In this document: in pieces, positions 1-7,537 of the stretch
How positions within the stretch are numbered: the stretch's first letter is position 1
Layout: each line of letters opens with the position of its first letter
The notes under the pieces: generated by a model
What the model was told of the DNA's origin: nothing
Seen by the model: only the letters and a program-made list of their open reading frames with translations
The model's database searches: none
Position numbers and translations under genes: made by a program
Origin: Candidatus Fraserbacteria bacterium
Lineage (GTDB): Bacteria; Bipolaricaulota; Bipolaricaulia; RBG-16-55-9
DNA: 13,125 bases
Assembly (NCBI GenBank): GCA_037442925.1
Contig: JBBIPG010000064.1
Location: 1 to 13,125, forward strand
Direction of reading: 5' to 3'

Positions 1-504
1 AAGCAGGATGAGTAAGACCACCACGGCGAGATCTTCTACGAGTAGGGTCCCAATCATGAGCCGACCGTGTTCGGAATTGAGCTCTTCCCGTTCCATGAGC
101 AGCTTGGCGATCACCATGGTGCTGCTTACGGAGATGGCAGCAGCCATAAAGAGCGTCTGAACGAGAGAGAGTCCAAAGAAGTTACCCAAGGGCAAGAAGA
201 GTACTATCATGGCCAACATCCCCACAAGCCCTCCCCCGAGGGCCACAGTGCGCACGCGCAGGAGTTCTTTGAGTGAGAACTCCAAGCCCACCGTGAACAT
301 GAGCAGCACGACTCCGATCTCCGCGAGCTGCTCAATGGCGCGGGGTTCCGCGACCTGTGGGCCAGGGGTGAAGGGGCCGATCAGCGCCCCACCGACAATG
401 TAACCGAGAAAGAGCGGCAGGCGCAGGAGATGGGCTACGAAGCCACCTCCGAGAGCCGCCAGCAGGACGAACGCAAGATCTCGAAAGAAGGTCGTCTCAG
501 GCAT
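1..504 (-). CDS. Cation:proton antiporter, CPA2 family (Kef/YbaL-like), N-terminal part; continues past the left edge
   Basis: Not in the ORF track; translated by hand from the ATG at 504: MPETTFFRDLAFVLLAALGGGFVAHLLRLPLFLGYIVGGALIGPFTPGP...LAEIGVVLLMFTVGLEFSLKEL...ISVSSTMVIAKLLMEREELNSEHGRLMIGTLLVEDLAVV. The GY-GxxIGP, E(I/L)GVxxLMFxxGLEFS, SST and G.L..ED motifs are typical of CPA2. The frame is open to position 1 and starts 6 nt after the USP stop. Confidence 0.93.
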   Translation of the reverse strand, partial: MPETTFFRDLAFVLLAALGGGFVAHLLRLPLFLGYIVGGALIGPFTPGPQVAEPRAIEQLAEIGVVLLMFTVGLEFSLKELLRVRTVALGGGLVGMLAMIVLFLPLGNFFGLSLVQTLFMAAAISVSSTMVIAKLLMEREELNSEHGRLMIGTLLVEDLAVVVLLILL

Positions 505-510
505 GGCACG

Positions 511-1470
511 TCAAGCGGATCGAGAAGGGGAGAGCGTGGATTCAGTCTCTTCTGGTAGCAGCCGTGGGTATTGTGCCAGAAGCACAGGCCCGAGGGATTG
601 ATCCAGGATCTTGAGGGAGACATCTCCTAGCAGGAGCTTCTTCACTTTCGAGAGAGGGGCTCGACCGAGGACAATGATCTGTGCTCCTGTGGCATCCTCA
701 AGGATCACGCGGGTCGGATCTCCCACGCGAAGATGTGCCTCAAGAGGGAAGTCCACCGGGCCGAGCAATTGGCGGGCTTCTAAGAGATGACGCTCGGCTT
801 CGGTGCGTGCACTCTCTTCGGGAGCGACAGCCAGTAGCGTCAGCGGCACTTGGAGTGCCTCTGCCAGCACCGCGGCCTGGCGAACGGCTTCCATTGCTGT
901 TTCCAGTCCGCTCACGCCTACGAGTATGCCCTGATCTGATTGGAGATTCTTCGCAACCAAGATGGAGCAAGGCGCGTGCAGTGCAACTTCCTGAGCGACG
1001 CTGCCCACCCAGAAGCGCTTGAGCCCACGGTGTCCCCGTGTGCCGGTGATGATGAGATCGTACTCAGGATCTTCCGCCTCGCGGAGGATCTCTCTTGTGG
1101 GGTCTCCCTCCCGCAGCCGGAAGCGGATGTCTTGCCCGCGGATGCCGATGAGATGGGCCTCGTAAAATCTTGGAGCTAAGAGTTTAGGAGTGTGCTTTTC
1201 GATGGGTCGGCCCACGGGGTCGAGTCGGAGTGCGTCCAGTGACTGGAGAGTCTCTTGGGCTTGTTGAAGCAACTTGAAAGGAGGAAGCTCTATACCCCAT
1301 TCGGCCAGTTTCCCTGAGGCAAGGCCGCTGGCCAACCCTTCATGGCTGTGCGAAGGGGCCACGTGGAGCACAGTGAGCCCGGCGCCCAGACTGCGGGCAA
1401 GGCGCGCTCCCAGCGCCAAGGCCGACTGACAACTCTCAAAATACGCGATAGGGACCAGGATCTTCCTCAT
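511..1470 (-). CDS. Universal stress protein with two tandem USP domains
   Basis: N-terminal MRKILVPI...S..AL..G..LA...GA.LTVLHV; GDP...IL..AE...DLII.GTRGHRGLKRFWVGSVA..V...APCSILV; second domain ILVGVSG...GDP..VIL...IIVLG...GPVLL. GAGGAG ribosome-binding site just upstream of the ATG. Confidence 0.93.
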   Translation of the reverse strand: MRKILVPIAYFESCQSALALGARLARSLGAGLTVLHVAPSHSHEGLASGLASGKLAEWGIELPPFKLLQQAQETLQSLDALRLDPVGRPIEKHTPKLLAPRFYEAHLIGIRGQDIRFRLREGDPTREILREAEDPEYDLIITGTRGHRGLKRFWVGSVAQEVALHAPCSILVAKNLQSDQGILVGVSGLETAMEAVRQAAVLAEALQVPLTLLAVAPEESARTEAERHLLEARQLLGPVDFPLEAHLRVGDPTRVILEDATGAQIIVLGRAPLSKVKKLLLGDVSLKILDQSLGPVLLAQYPRLLPEETESTLSPSRSA

Positions 1471-1486
1471 GGCACTCCTCTCTCGC

Positions 1487-2887
1487 TCAGCGACTCAACC
1501 CCAACCATGGCCAATAGAATCGCGCCAGCAACAACAGAATTATAACGGAAATGACGAGCAGCTTGGAACCGGCCCTCAGAAAATCCTTTGGCTTGAGATG
1601 TCCGCTGCCGTACACGATCATCGACGAAGGTGCTCCGATGACAGTCTGATAGGTGAAGGCTGAAGAGATCGTCGTCACAAAGCCGGCTGCGATGAGGCTT
1701 TCTCCGGTCAAGGACGCCATCTGCAACGTGATGGGCGCCAGGATGGCAACGGCAGGTCCTCCACCCACCAGATTCGAGAACAAGATGACGAGCAGACTCA
1801 TGGCCAGTAGGATGCCCACTCCCTGCGTGCCTCCTAGAAGCATCAAGAACTGCTGGGCCAGCCAAGGGGCCGCGCCCGTCTCCTGCAGGCGAAAACCTAA
1901 CGAGATGGTCGCCGCGTAGAGCCAGACCACTCCCCAGTTGACTCCCGAGTTGAGATCTTCCCATCTCACAAGCCCTGTGATGAGATAGAGCGAGGCGCCC
2001 AAGAGCGCGATCATGCCCAGCCCCAGCTGGCTGCTCAGGGTGATCCACCCCAGCAATATCAGAAGAAAGATGACGATGGCTTGGATATCCTGCGAGGAGA
2101 GCTGCCCTCTCTGGCGCACATCCCGTCGTAGTCTCACGAGCGCTCGGCGTAGATCCCTCTCTTCCGGTGGAAACGTGCGCCGCAGAATCCACCCGAGGAA
2201 AGGCAAATTCAGCAGCAACAGCGGATACGCATAGGCCATCCATGTGGCGTAGTCGATTCGAATGTCAAACATCTGTCGCCAGTAGTCGATGATGATCGCA
2301 TTGCGCGCTCCACCGGAGGGGGTGCCTAAGCTGGCCATCGCGCAGCCGTACGTCAAAGAGAGAAGCAGCAGGGTCGAGAGGTTTGGGACTCCCGGTGAGT
2401 CTTGTTCTACAGCGGCAATGATCGCCAATACCACGGGGAGCATCAGGGCTGCCACCGTGTGCTGGCCGGTAAACGATGTCAAGAGCGAGGCCGTGGCAGC
2501 GATGCCAAAGGCGATCCACTCCACGCGGGGACCGGTTCTCTTAAGAAGCGCAAACGCAATGCGCTTGTCCAGTTTCTGCTTGATGAGGGCCACCGAGATC
2601 ATGAGCGAGCCCATGATGAAAAAGACGGCATCGCTCAAGAACGAGCGGGCGATCTCATTGGGTTCTGCCAAACCCAAGACAGCTTGGCCGACGGCGATGA
2701 GCAGCGCAGTGGCGGGCAACGGAATCGGCTCTGTGATGAGAAAGATCACGACCGTGACCAAAAGTGCCAACGTCCGCATGCCGACGGGAGAGAGATCGGC
2801 GGGGGGCGGGAGGAATAAGAGAAGGATGCCAAGCCCCAATCCGGCGATCAACCACTTGCGGGCGATGAGAATCCGCAGGAGCTGCAT
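1487..2887 (-). CDS. DASS/SLC13-family (divalent anion:Na+ symporter-like) membrane transporter, divergent
   Basis: 466 aa and highly hydrophobic. Family-typical segments: ITEPIPLPATALL, L.KRIA, GTPSGGARNAI (cf. TPxGxxxN), LVRWEDLNSGVNWGVVWLY...LG..LQETGAA.WLA, IVYGSGHLKPKDFLRAG. Confidence 0.9.
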   Translation of the reverse strand: MQLLRILIARKWLIAGLGLGILLLFLPPPADLSPVGMRTLALLVTVVIFLITEPIPLPATALLIAVGQAVLGLAEPNEIARSFLSDAVFFIMGSLMISVALIKQKLDKRIAFALLKRTGPRVEWIAFGIAATASLLTSFTGQHTVAALMLPVVLAIIAAVEQDSPGVPNLSTLLLLSLTYGCAMASLGTPSGGARNAIIIDYWRQMFDIRIDYATWMAYAYPLLLLNLPFLGWILRRTFPPEERDLRRALVRLRRDVRQRGQLSSQDIQAIVIFLLILLGWITLSSQLGLGMIALLGASLYLITGLVRWEDLNSGVNWGVVWLYAATISLGFRLQETGAAPWLAQQFLMLLGGTQGVGILLAMSLLVILFSNLVGGGPAVAILAPITLQMASLTGESLIAAGFVTTISSAFTYQTVIGAPSSMIVYGSGHLKPKDFLRAGSKLLVISVIILLLLARFYWPWLGLSR

Positions 2888-2890
2888 GTG

Positions 2891-3754
2891 CTAGCGCGAG
2901 GGGAGGAGTCTTTCGGCTGTCTCGAAAAGGATGGCCTGCTGGCTCCCTGCTGAGAGCGGCAGTCCCAGAAAATTCTCGATATTGATGCGAATGCTTTTCA
3001 CGCCCGGACCCGGCCAGTCGCTGCCGAACATCGTCTTGTGTGCGATCTCCTCTAAGCGTGGGAAATAGCTCAACAAGTTCTGAGGTGGTATGCCGGAGAT
3101 GTCCAGATAGATATTGGGATGGCGCCGCAAGAGGAAGAAGGCGGTGCTCATCCAGAGGGGTCGTCCTCCATGTGCCAGTATGATCTTCAGTCTGGGGAAA
3201 TCAATGGCCACGTCGTCGAGGTGGATTGGGTCGCCATATTTGACTCGTGCACCAGGGAAGATCGACGTGCCGGTGTGGAACATAATGGGGATGCCATACT
3301 GCTCGGCCCGTTCGTAGATAACACCTAACGACTCCAGCCCGTGGAGATAGTCGTTCGGGTAAAAAAGTTGGTGTGGAGGATGGATCTTGATCATGCGGAT
3401 GCCAAGGTCTTCCACGAGGTATGCCATCTCCGTCTTTGGGTTCCCCACGTGCTGTGGATGGAGTGAGCCTACGGGAATCAAGCGATCGGGAGCTGTCTTA
3501 CAATACTTTGCGACGAACTCGTTTACCCCATCCGTAAAGCCCATCACGTCAGGGCTCACGTAGTTGATGAGGGCGGCACGTGCCAGGCCTTCTTGGTCGA
3601 GAAACCTCAAGAACTCACTGGGGTTGTCGGCAAGTGTGAGCAGTTTATCAAAGTCCGGATGGTGGCGCTTCCAAAGCGAGAGAACATCGGGCTTGAGCAT
3701 GCGCCAGGGCTGGATGTGCACGTGGATATCGATGACGGGTTGTGCATGAATCAA
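2891..3754 (-). CDS. Metal-dependent amidohydrolase superfamily protein (amidohydrolase_2 type TIM barrel), substrate unknown
   Basis: IDIHVH (HxH), IKIHP, FHTG, IILAHGG, YLDIS and FGSDWP motifs. The start is uncertain: in-frame candidates are 3799 (GTG), 3781 (ATG), 3763 (GTG) and 3754 (TTG). I chose 3754 because it follows GGTGAT, lies downstream of the candidate promoter, and places the HxH motif near the N-terminus as usual. Confidence 0.9.
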   Translation of the reverse strand: MIHAQPVIDIHVHIQPWRMLKPDVLSLWKRHHPDFDKLLTLADNPSEFLRFLDQEGLARAALINYVSPDVMGFTDGVNEFVAKYCKTAPDRLIPVGSLHPQHVGNPKTEMAYLVEDLGIRMIKIHPPHQLFYPNDYLHGLESLGVIYERAEQYGIPIMFHTGTSIFPGARVKYGDPIHLDDVAIDFPRLKIILAHGGRPLWMSTAFFLLRRHPNIYLDISGIPPQNLLSYFPRLEEIAHKTMFGSDWPGPGVKSIRINIENFLGLPLSAGSQQAILFETAERLLPSR

Positions 3755-3776
3755 AGGGATCACCGGCAGAGAGCTT

Positions 3777-3785
3777 AGCATATCA
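3777..3785 (-). promoter_or_regulatory. Candidate extended -10 promoter for the amidohydrolase-DASS-USP-CPA2 cluster
   Basis: Minus strand reads TGaTATGCT (TGnTAnnnT) in the AT-rich divergent gap; no good -35 at 17-18 bp. Confidence 0.4.
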
Positions 3786-3793
3786 AGACAGAA

Positions 3794-3822
3794 TTGCACA
3801 AACCTTCCAGAAGAACTAAGAT
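3794..3822 (+). promoter_or_regulatory. Candidate sigma70-type promoter for panB-panE
   Basis: TTGCAC (3794-3799), 17 bp spacer, TAAGAT (3817-3822), then an SD-like AGGTGA (3829-3834) and ATG at 3840. Confidence 0.6.
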
Positions 3823-3839
3823 TGCGCTAGGTGAATACA

Positions 3840-4685
3840 ATGGGAAAAGACAAGAAGATCACCATCCCTGGGCTCTTCGAGATGAAAGAGAAGGGCGAGA
3901 AGATCAGCATGATCACCGCCTATGATTATCCAACGGCCCTTCTCGTGGATCGAGCAGGCATCGAAGTAGTACTCGTGGGCGATTCTGTAGGCAACAATGT
4001 GCTTGGCTACGATAATACCATCCCGGTCACGCTCGAGGAGATGCTCCACCACACCAAAGCCGTCCGACGCGGCCTCAAGCGGGCTCTTCTTGTAGGGGAT
4101 ATGCCCTTCATGTCTTTCAATGTCTCTCACGAGCAGGCCATTGAGAGTGCGGGGCGCTTCCTCAAAGAAGCGGGAGCCGATGCCATCAAGATCGAGGGCG
4201 GGGAAGAGATGGCCGAGCGCGTCGCGGCTCTGGAGCGAGCTGGGATCGCCGTGATGGGGCACATCGGGTTTACTCCGCAAAGGGTCTCTCAGCTGGGTGG
4301 AGCTGGACGAGTGCAAGGGCGCGATGAGCAGCGCGCCCGCAAGCTGCTCGAAGATGCGCGCGCTCTGGAGGAAGCCGGAGCATTCTCTATCGTCTTGGAG
4401 AAGATCCCCTGGCAACTGGCAAAGCTCATTACAGAGAGCGTGAAGATTCCCACCATTGGCATCGGGGCGGGACCTTACTGCGATGGGCAGGTGCTTGTGC
4501 TCCACGATGTCTTGGGGCTCTCGGGGCTATCGCTCAAATTCGCCAAGCAGTACGTGAATCTGAGCCAGATCATCGAAGGTGCTTTAAGAGCCTTCAAAGA
4601 AGATGTCAAGGGCGAGACGTTTCCTACTGTCGAAGAGCACAGCTTCTCGATGCCGGAGGATGTGATCCGGAAGCTCATGTCTTGA
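3840..4685 (+). CDS. panB: 3-methyl-2-oxobutanoate hydroxymethyltransferase (ketopantoate hydroxymethyltransferase)
   Basis: MITAYDY, LVGDS, DMPF, KIEGG, VMGHIG.TPQ, PTIGIGAG..CDGQVLV.HD.LG and KFAKQY motifs. ATG 3840 is preferred over GTG 3831 because AGGTGA lies 5 nt upstream of it. Confidence 0.98.
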   Translation: MGKDKKITIPGLFEMKEKGEKISMITAYDYPTALLVDRAGIEVVLVGDSVGNNVLGYDNTIPVTLEEMLHHTKAVRRGLKRALLVGDMPFMSFNVSHEQAIESAGRFLKEAGADAIKIEGGEEMAERVAALERAGIAVMGHIGFTPQRVSQLGGAGRVQGRDEQRARKLLEDARALEEAGAFSIVLEKIPWQLAKLITESVKIPTIGIGAGPYCDGQVLVLHDVLGLSGLSLKFAKQYVNLSQIIEGALRAFKEDVKGETFPTVEEHSFSMPEDVIRKLMS

Positions 4686-4691
4686 CAGAAC

Positions 4692-5612
4692 ATGAAGATC
4701 GCCATAGTTGGTGCGGGAGCTCTAGGGAGTCTCTTTGGTGCCCTGCTCGCCCGTAGCGGTCAGCAGGTCTGGTTGTATAACCCCTCGTTTGTGGAACATA
4801 TCCATGCCATTCGTGCTCAGGGACTGACTCTTGCGACAGAGACAGGCGAGCAAAGCATCTCCCTGCCGGCTGTGACGGCCGTCAAAGAAATCGGGGAGAC
4901 GATGGATCTTGTGGGAATCTTCGTCAAGGCGTATGACACCGAGCAAGCCATCCAAGATGCACGGGCTCTGGTCGGAAAGCACAGTTGGGTCCTCAGCCTC
5001 CAAAATGGCATTGGCTCGGAAGAGATTCTCAGTCGCTATGTGCCCAAGGAGCAGATATTACGAGGCGTGACAGCGCAGGGGGCCACGTTGGTCAAACCCG
5101 GCATGGTTCGCTGGGCCGGTCGCGGACCTACTCGCTTTGGCTCCCTTCTTGATCCTGCGCCCTCGGAGGCTGCTTTCAACAAAGTTGTGGATGTCTTGGA
5201 GAAAGCAGGCATCGAAGCCTACTATGCTCGCAACGTTCACTCATTGATATGGGAGAAGTTGCTCGTCAACGCGGCGATCAACCCGCTGACGGCCCTCTTC
5301 GGTGTCACCAATGGCATCCTTGTGGAAAATCCAGCCCTGCGGGCCATCTTGCAAGATGTCACTCTGGAGACTTTACCGGTCGTGGCGGCTCATGGAGCGC
5401 AGCTCTCCCCAAGCGATGCCGTCCAGCGTGTGGAAGGCATCTGTCGGGCGACGTCAGCGAATCTTTCGTCGATGCTACAAGATGTCCGTCGGGGCAAGCG
5501 CACCGAGATCGAGTTCATCAATGGCGCTGTCGTACGAGAAGGCGAGCGATTGGGGATTCCCACACCGCTCAATCGCTTGCTCACTCAGCTTGTCAGCAAG
5601 AGGGGCGTCTAA
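4692..5612 (+). CDS. panE: 2-dehydropantoate 2-reductase (ketopantoate reductase)
   Basis: MKIAIVGAGALG Rossmann motif, VKAY, LQNGIG, WEKLLVNAAINPLTAL, SSMLQDV..GKRTEIEFINGAVV, P.N..L; directly follows panB. Confidence 0.96.
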   Translation: MKIAIVGAGALGSLFGALLARSGQQVWLYNPSFVEHIHAIRAQGLTLATETGEQSISLPAVTAVKEIGETMDLVGIFVKAYDTEQAIQDARALVGKHSWVLSLQNGIGSEEILSRYVPKEQILRGVTAQGATLVKPGMVRWAGRGPTRFGSLLDPAPSEAAFNKVVDVLEKAGIEAYYARNVHSLIWEKLLVNAAINPLTALFGVTNGILVENPALRAILQDVTLETLPVVAAHGAQLSPSDAVQRVEGICRATSANLSSMLQDVRRGKRTEIEFINGAVVREGERLGIPTPLNRLLTQLVSKRGV

Positions 5613-5619
5613 GTTCCGC

Positions 5620-5648
5620 TGGCTCTGCGTGGTCACAGCCCGTATAAT
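5620..5648 (+). promoter_or_regulatory. Candidate internal promoter for tig-clpP
   Basis: Perfect TATAAT at 5643-5648 in a GC-rich background, weak -35 TGGCTC (5620-5625) at 17 bp, SD-like GAGGGG (5661-5666) before GTG 5675. Confidence 0.6.
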
Positions 5649-5674
5649 AATTGCTTGAGTGAGGGGATTCGCAC

Positions 5675-6910
5675 GTGAAAACCACACTGCAAGAGAAGAG
5701 TGAGACCCAGTACGTCATCCAGGTGGAGATCCCTCCCGAAGTGGTCAATGAAAAGCTCGAAGAGATGTATCGCCGCGTGGTGCGTACCTTAGAAATCCCC
5801 GGATTTCGCCGGGGGCACATCCCGCGGGCGTTCCTCGAGATGCGTTTTGGCAAAGATTTCTTGTACGAAGACTCGCAGGCGGAACTTCTAGAGCGGTATC
5901 TGCCTCAGGTACTTTCAGAACACAAGATCGAACCGGCATCCCGACCCGAACCACGCATTCTGGAGTTTGAAGCCGGAAAACCCTTCCGTTTCGAAGTCGA
6001 TGTAGAAGTCTTCCCCGAAGTTCAAGTAGCTGACTACTCCAATCTTAAGGTTGAGGCCCCTGCCAAGCAGCGAGTCACCCAGAAGGAGATCGATCAGGTG
6101 ATCGAAGAGCTTCGCGTAGAACACGCGACTCTTGTGCCCAAGTCGCAAAGCGCCGCTGTGGAGGTCGATGACGTCGTCTTGATCCGTCAGCGCGGAGGAG
6201 ATACGCGTGAAGTGCAGGCGCGCTCCCAGGGGTGGACGGCGACCTTCATCGGCAAGAAGACCGGAGAGGCACTTGAGCTTGACGCTCCTGACGGGAAGAG
6301 ACTGCGAGCCACAATCGAGGGGATCAAGCGCATCGAATTGCCCGATGTGGAGGAGCTGGCAAAGACTCTCGGCCACGCAGACCCTGACTCCCTACGAGAA
6401 GACATCCGTGAGAAACTCAAAGAACGCCACAAACAAGGGTATGAACAAAGGCTTCGCTTGGCCGTGTTGGACGCTCTGGTCGAGCGCGGTCAAGTGAAGG
6501 TGCCTGCGCGCCTAGTGGAGGAACTGCTCGAAGAGGAACGAAAGATCCTTCAGCAAAGCGGACGCGCACTTTCAGAGGATGAGTCGAAGAAGCTGAGAGA
6601 AGCCATCGAGCAGCGGCTCAAGCGAGATCGCGTGCTCCAAGCCATCAAACAGAAGGAGAAGATCGCAGTCACGGATGAACAGCTGGAGGAGGTCATCAAA
6701 CAAGAGGCCGAACGTCGCGGGACAAATCCCGTGAAGTACAAGGCCCTTCTGGAGCGAGAGGGTCAACGGGAGCGGCTGCGAGGCGACCGTGAGAATCAGC
6801 AAGTATTGGATCTTCTCCTGGGGAAAGTTCAGATCATCGAGAAGCCATCGACGGAATCAAAGCCGAAGCGCGGCAAAGGAGAGGAGCCGCAAGAAGAAGA
6901 GGAGGACTAG
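5675..6910 (+). CDS. tig: Trigger factor (ribosome-associated chaperone) with a shortened PPIase domain
   Basis: Ribosome-binding signature IPGFRRGHIP (GFRxGxxP), F.F.V.VEV.PEV...DY, ELP, charged helical C-domain with AI..KEKI.VT; canonical position upstream of clpP. Confidence 0.94.
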   Translation: MKTTLQEKSETQYVIQVEIPPEVVNEKLEEMYRRVVRTLEIPGFRRGHIPRAFLEMRFGKDFLYEDSQAELLERYLPQVLSEHKIEPASRPEPRILEFEAGKPFRFEVDVEVFPEVQVADYSNLKVEAPAKQRVTQKEIDQVIEELRVEHATLVPKSQSAAVEVDDVVLIRQRGGDTREVQARSQGWTATFIGKKTGEALELDAPDGKRLRATIEGIKRIELPDVEELAKTLGHADPDSLREDIREKLKERHKQGYEQRLRLAVLDALVERGQVKVPARLVEELLEEERKILQQSGRALSEDESKKLREAIEQRLKRDRVLQAIKQKEKIAVTDEQLEEVIKQEAERRGTNPVKYKALLEREGQRERLRGDRENQQVLDLLLGKVQIIEKPSTESKPKRGKGEEPQEEEED

Positions 6911-7537
6911 ATGGAGCGCGTACGCCAACAACTGATCCCCTTTGTGATCGATCGTACGGGGCAATACGAGCGCAGCTATGACATCTATTCGAGACTGCTG
7001 GAGGATCGCATCGTCTTCGTCCAAGGTCCCATCGATGATCACTCCGCCAATCTCGTAGTAGCCCAGCTGCTCTTCTTGGAAGCCAAGGACCCGGAACAGG
7101 ACATCAAGCTCTTCATCAACAGCCCCGGAGGCGTGATTACCGCTGGCCTGGCCATTTACGACACGATGCAGTATGTCCGCTGCGATGTATCCACCATCTG
7201 TGTAGGCCAAGCGGCGAGCATGGGAACCGTATTGCTCGCCGCCGGCACGAAGGGCAAGCGCCTGGCTCTCCCCAATTCACGCATCCATCTTCACCAGCCG
7301 CTGGGCGGCGCTCAGGGGCAGGCCGTCGATGTCCAGATCCAGGCGCAGGAGTTGCTTAAGGCTCGCGAGCGCTTGAATCACATTCTTGTCCATCATACCG
7401 GGCAATCCTTAGACAGGATCAACCAAGATACCGATCGAGACTTCTTCATGAGCTCCGAAGAGGCAATGAAGTACGGTCTCATTGACGAAATCATCACCTC
7501 ACGCAAAGACCCCCAGAAGAGGCGCGAAAGGCTTTAG
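6911..7537 (+). CDS. clpP: ATP-dependent Clp protease proteolytic subunit
   Basis: [28 protein letters not shown] (catalytic Ser), HQP (His), DRDF (Asp), A..YGLID. The ATG directly abuts the tig stop, with GAGGAGG inside the tig Glu codons. Confidence 0.98.
   Translation: MERVRQQLIPFVIDRTGQYERSYDIYSRLLEDRIVFVQGPIDDHSANLVVAQLLFLEAKDPEQDIKLFINSPGGVITAGLAIYDTMQYVRCDVSTICVGQAASMGTVLLAAGTKGKRLALPNSRIHLHQPLGGAQGQAVDVQIQAQELLKARERLNHILVHHTGQSLDRINQDTDRDFFMSSEEAMKYGLIDEIITSRKDPQKRRERL

Noticed and set aside
1312..1338. GLAS-GLAS-G peptide repeat in the USP
   Set aside because: The codons differ between copies, so it is not a DNA tandem repeat; too short to interpret.
1467..2243. 258-aa minus-strand ORF in another frame of the DASS gene
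   Set aside because: Arg/His/Gly-rich off-frame composition; the DASS frame is intact, so there is no frameshift to explain.
2787..2813. G-rich run (possible G-quadruplex or phase-variable tract)
   Set aside because: Explained by the Pro-Pro-Pro codons of the DASS gene on the minus strand; the run is only 6 G.
3775..3801. TTAGCA...TGCACAA resembling a CIRCE element
   Set aside because: Only the first 6 nt match TTAGCACTC; the right arm and spacing do not fit; the flanking genes are not HrcA-type targets.
3816..4505. 229-aa minus-strand ORF opposite panB
   Set aside because: Antisense shadow of a clear conserved gene; no recognisable motif; long shadow ORFs are expected in GC-rich DNA.
5618..5639. 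Weak GCTG...CAGC hairpin after panE as a terminator
   Set aside because: Short stem, no U-tract, and it overlaps the candidate tig promoter.
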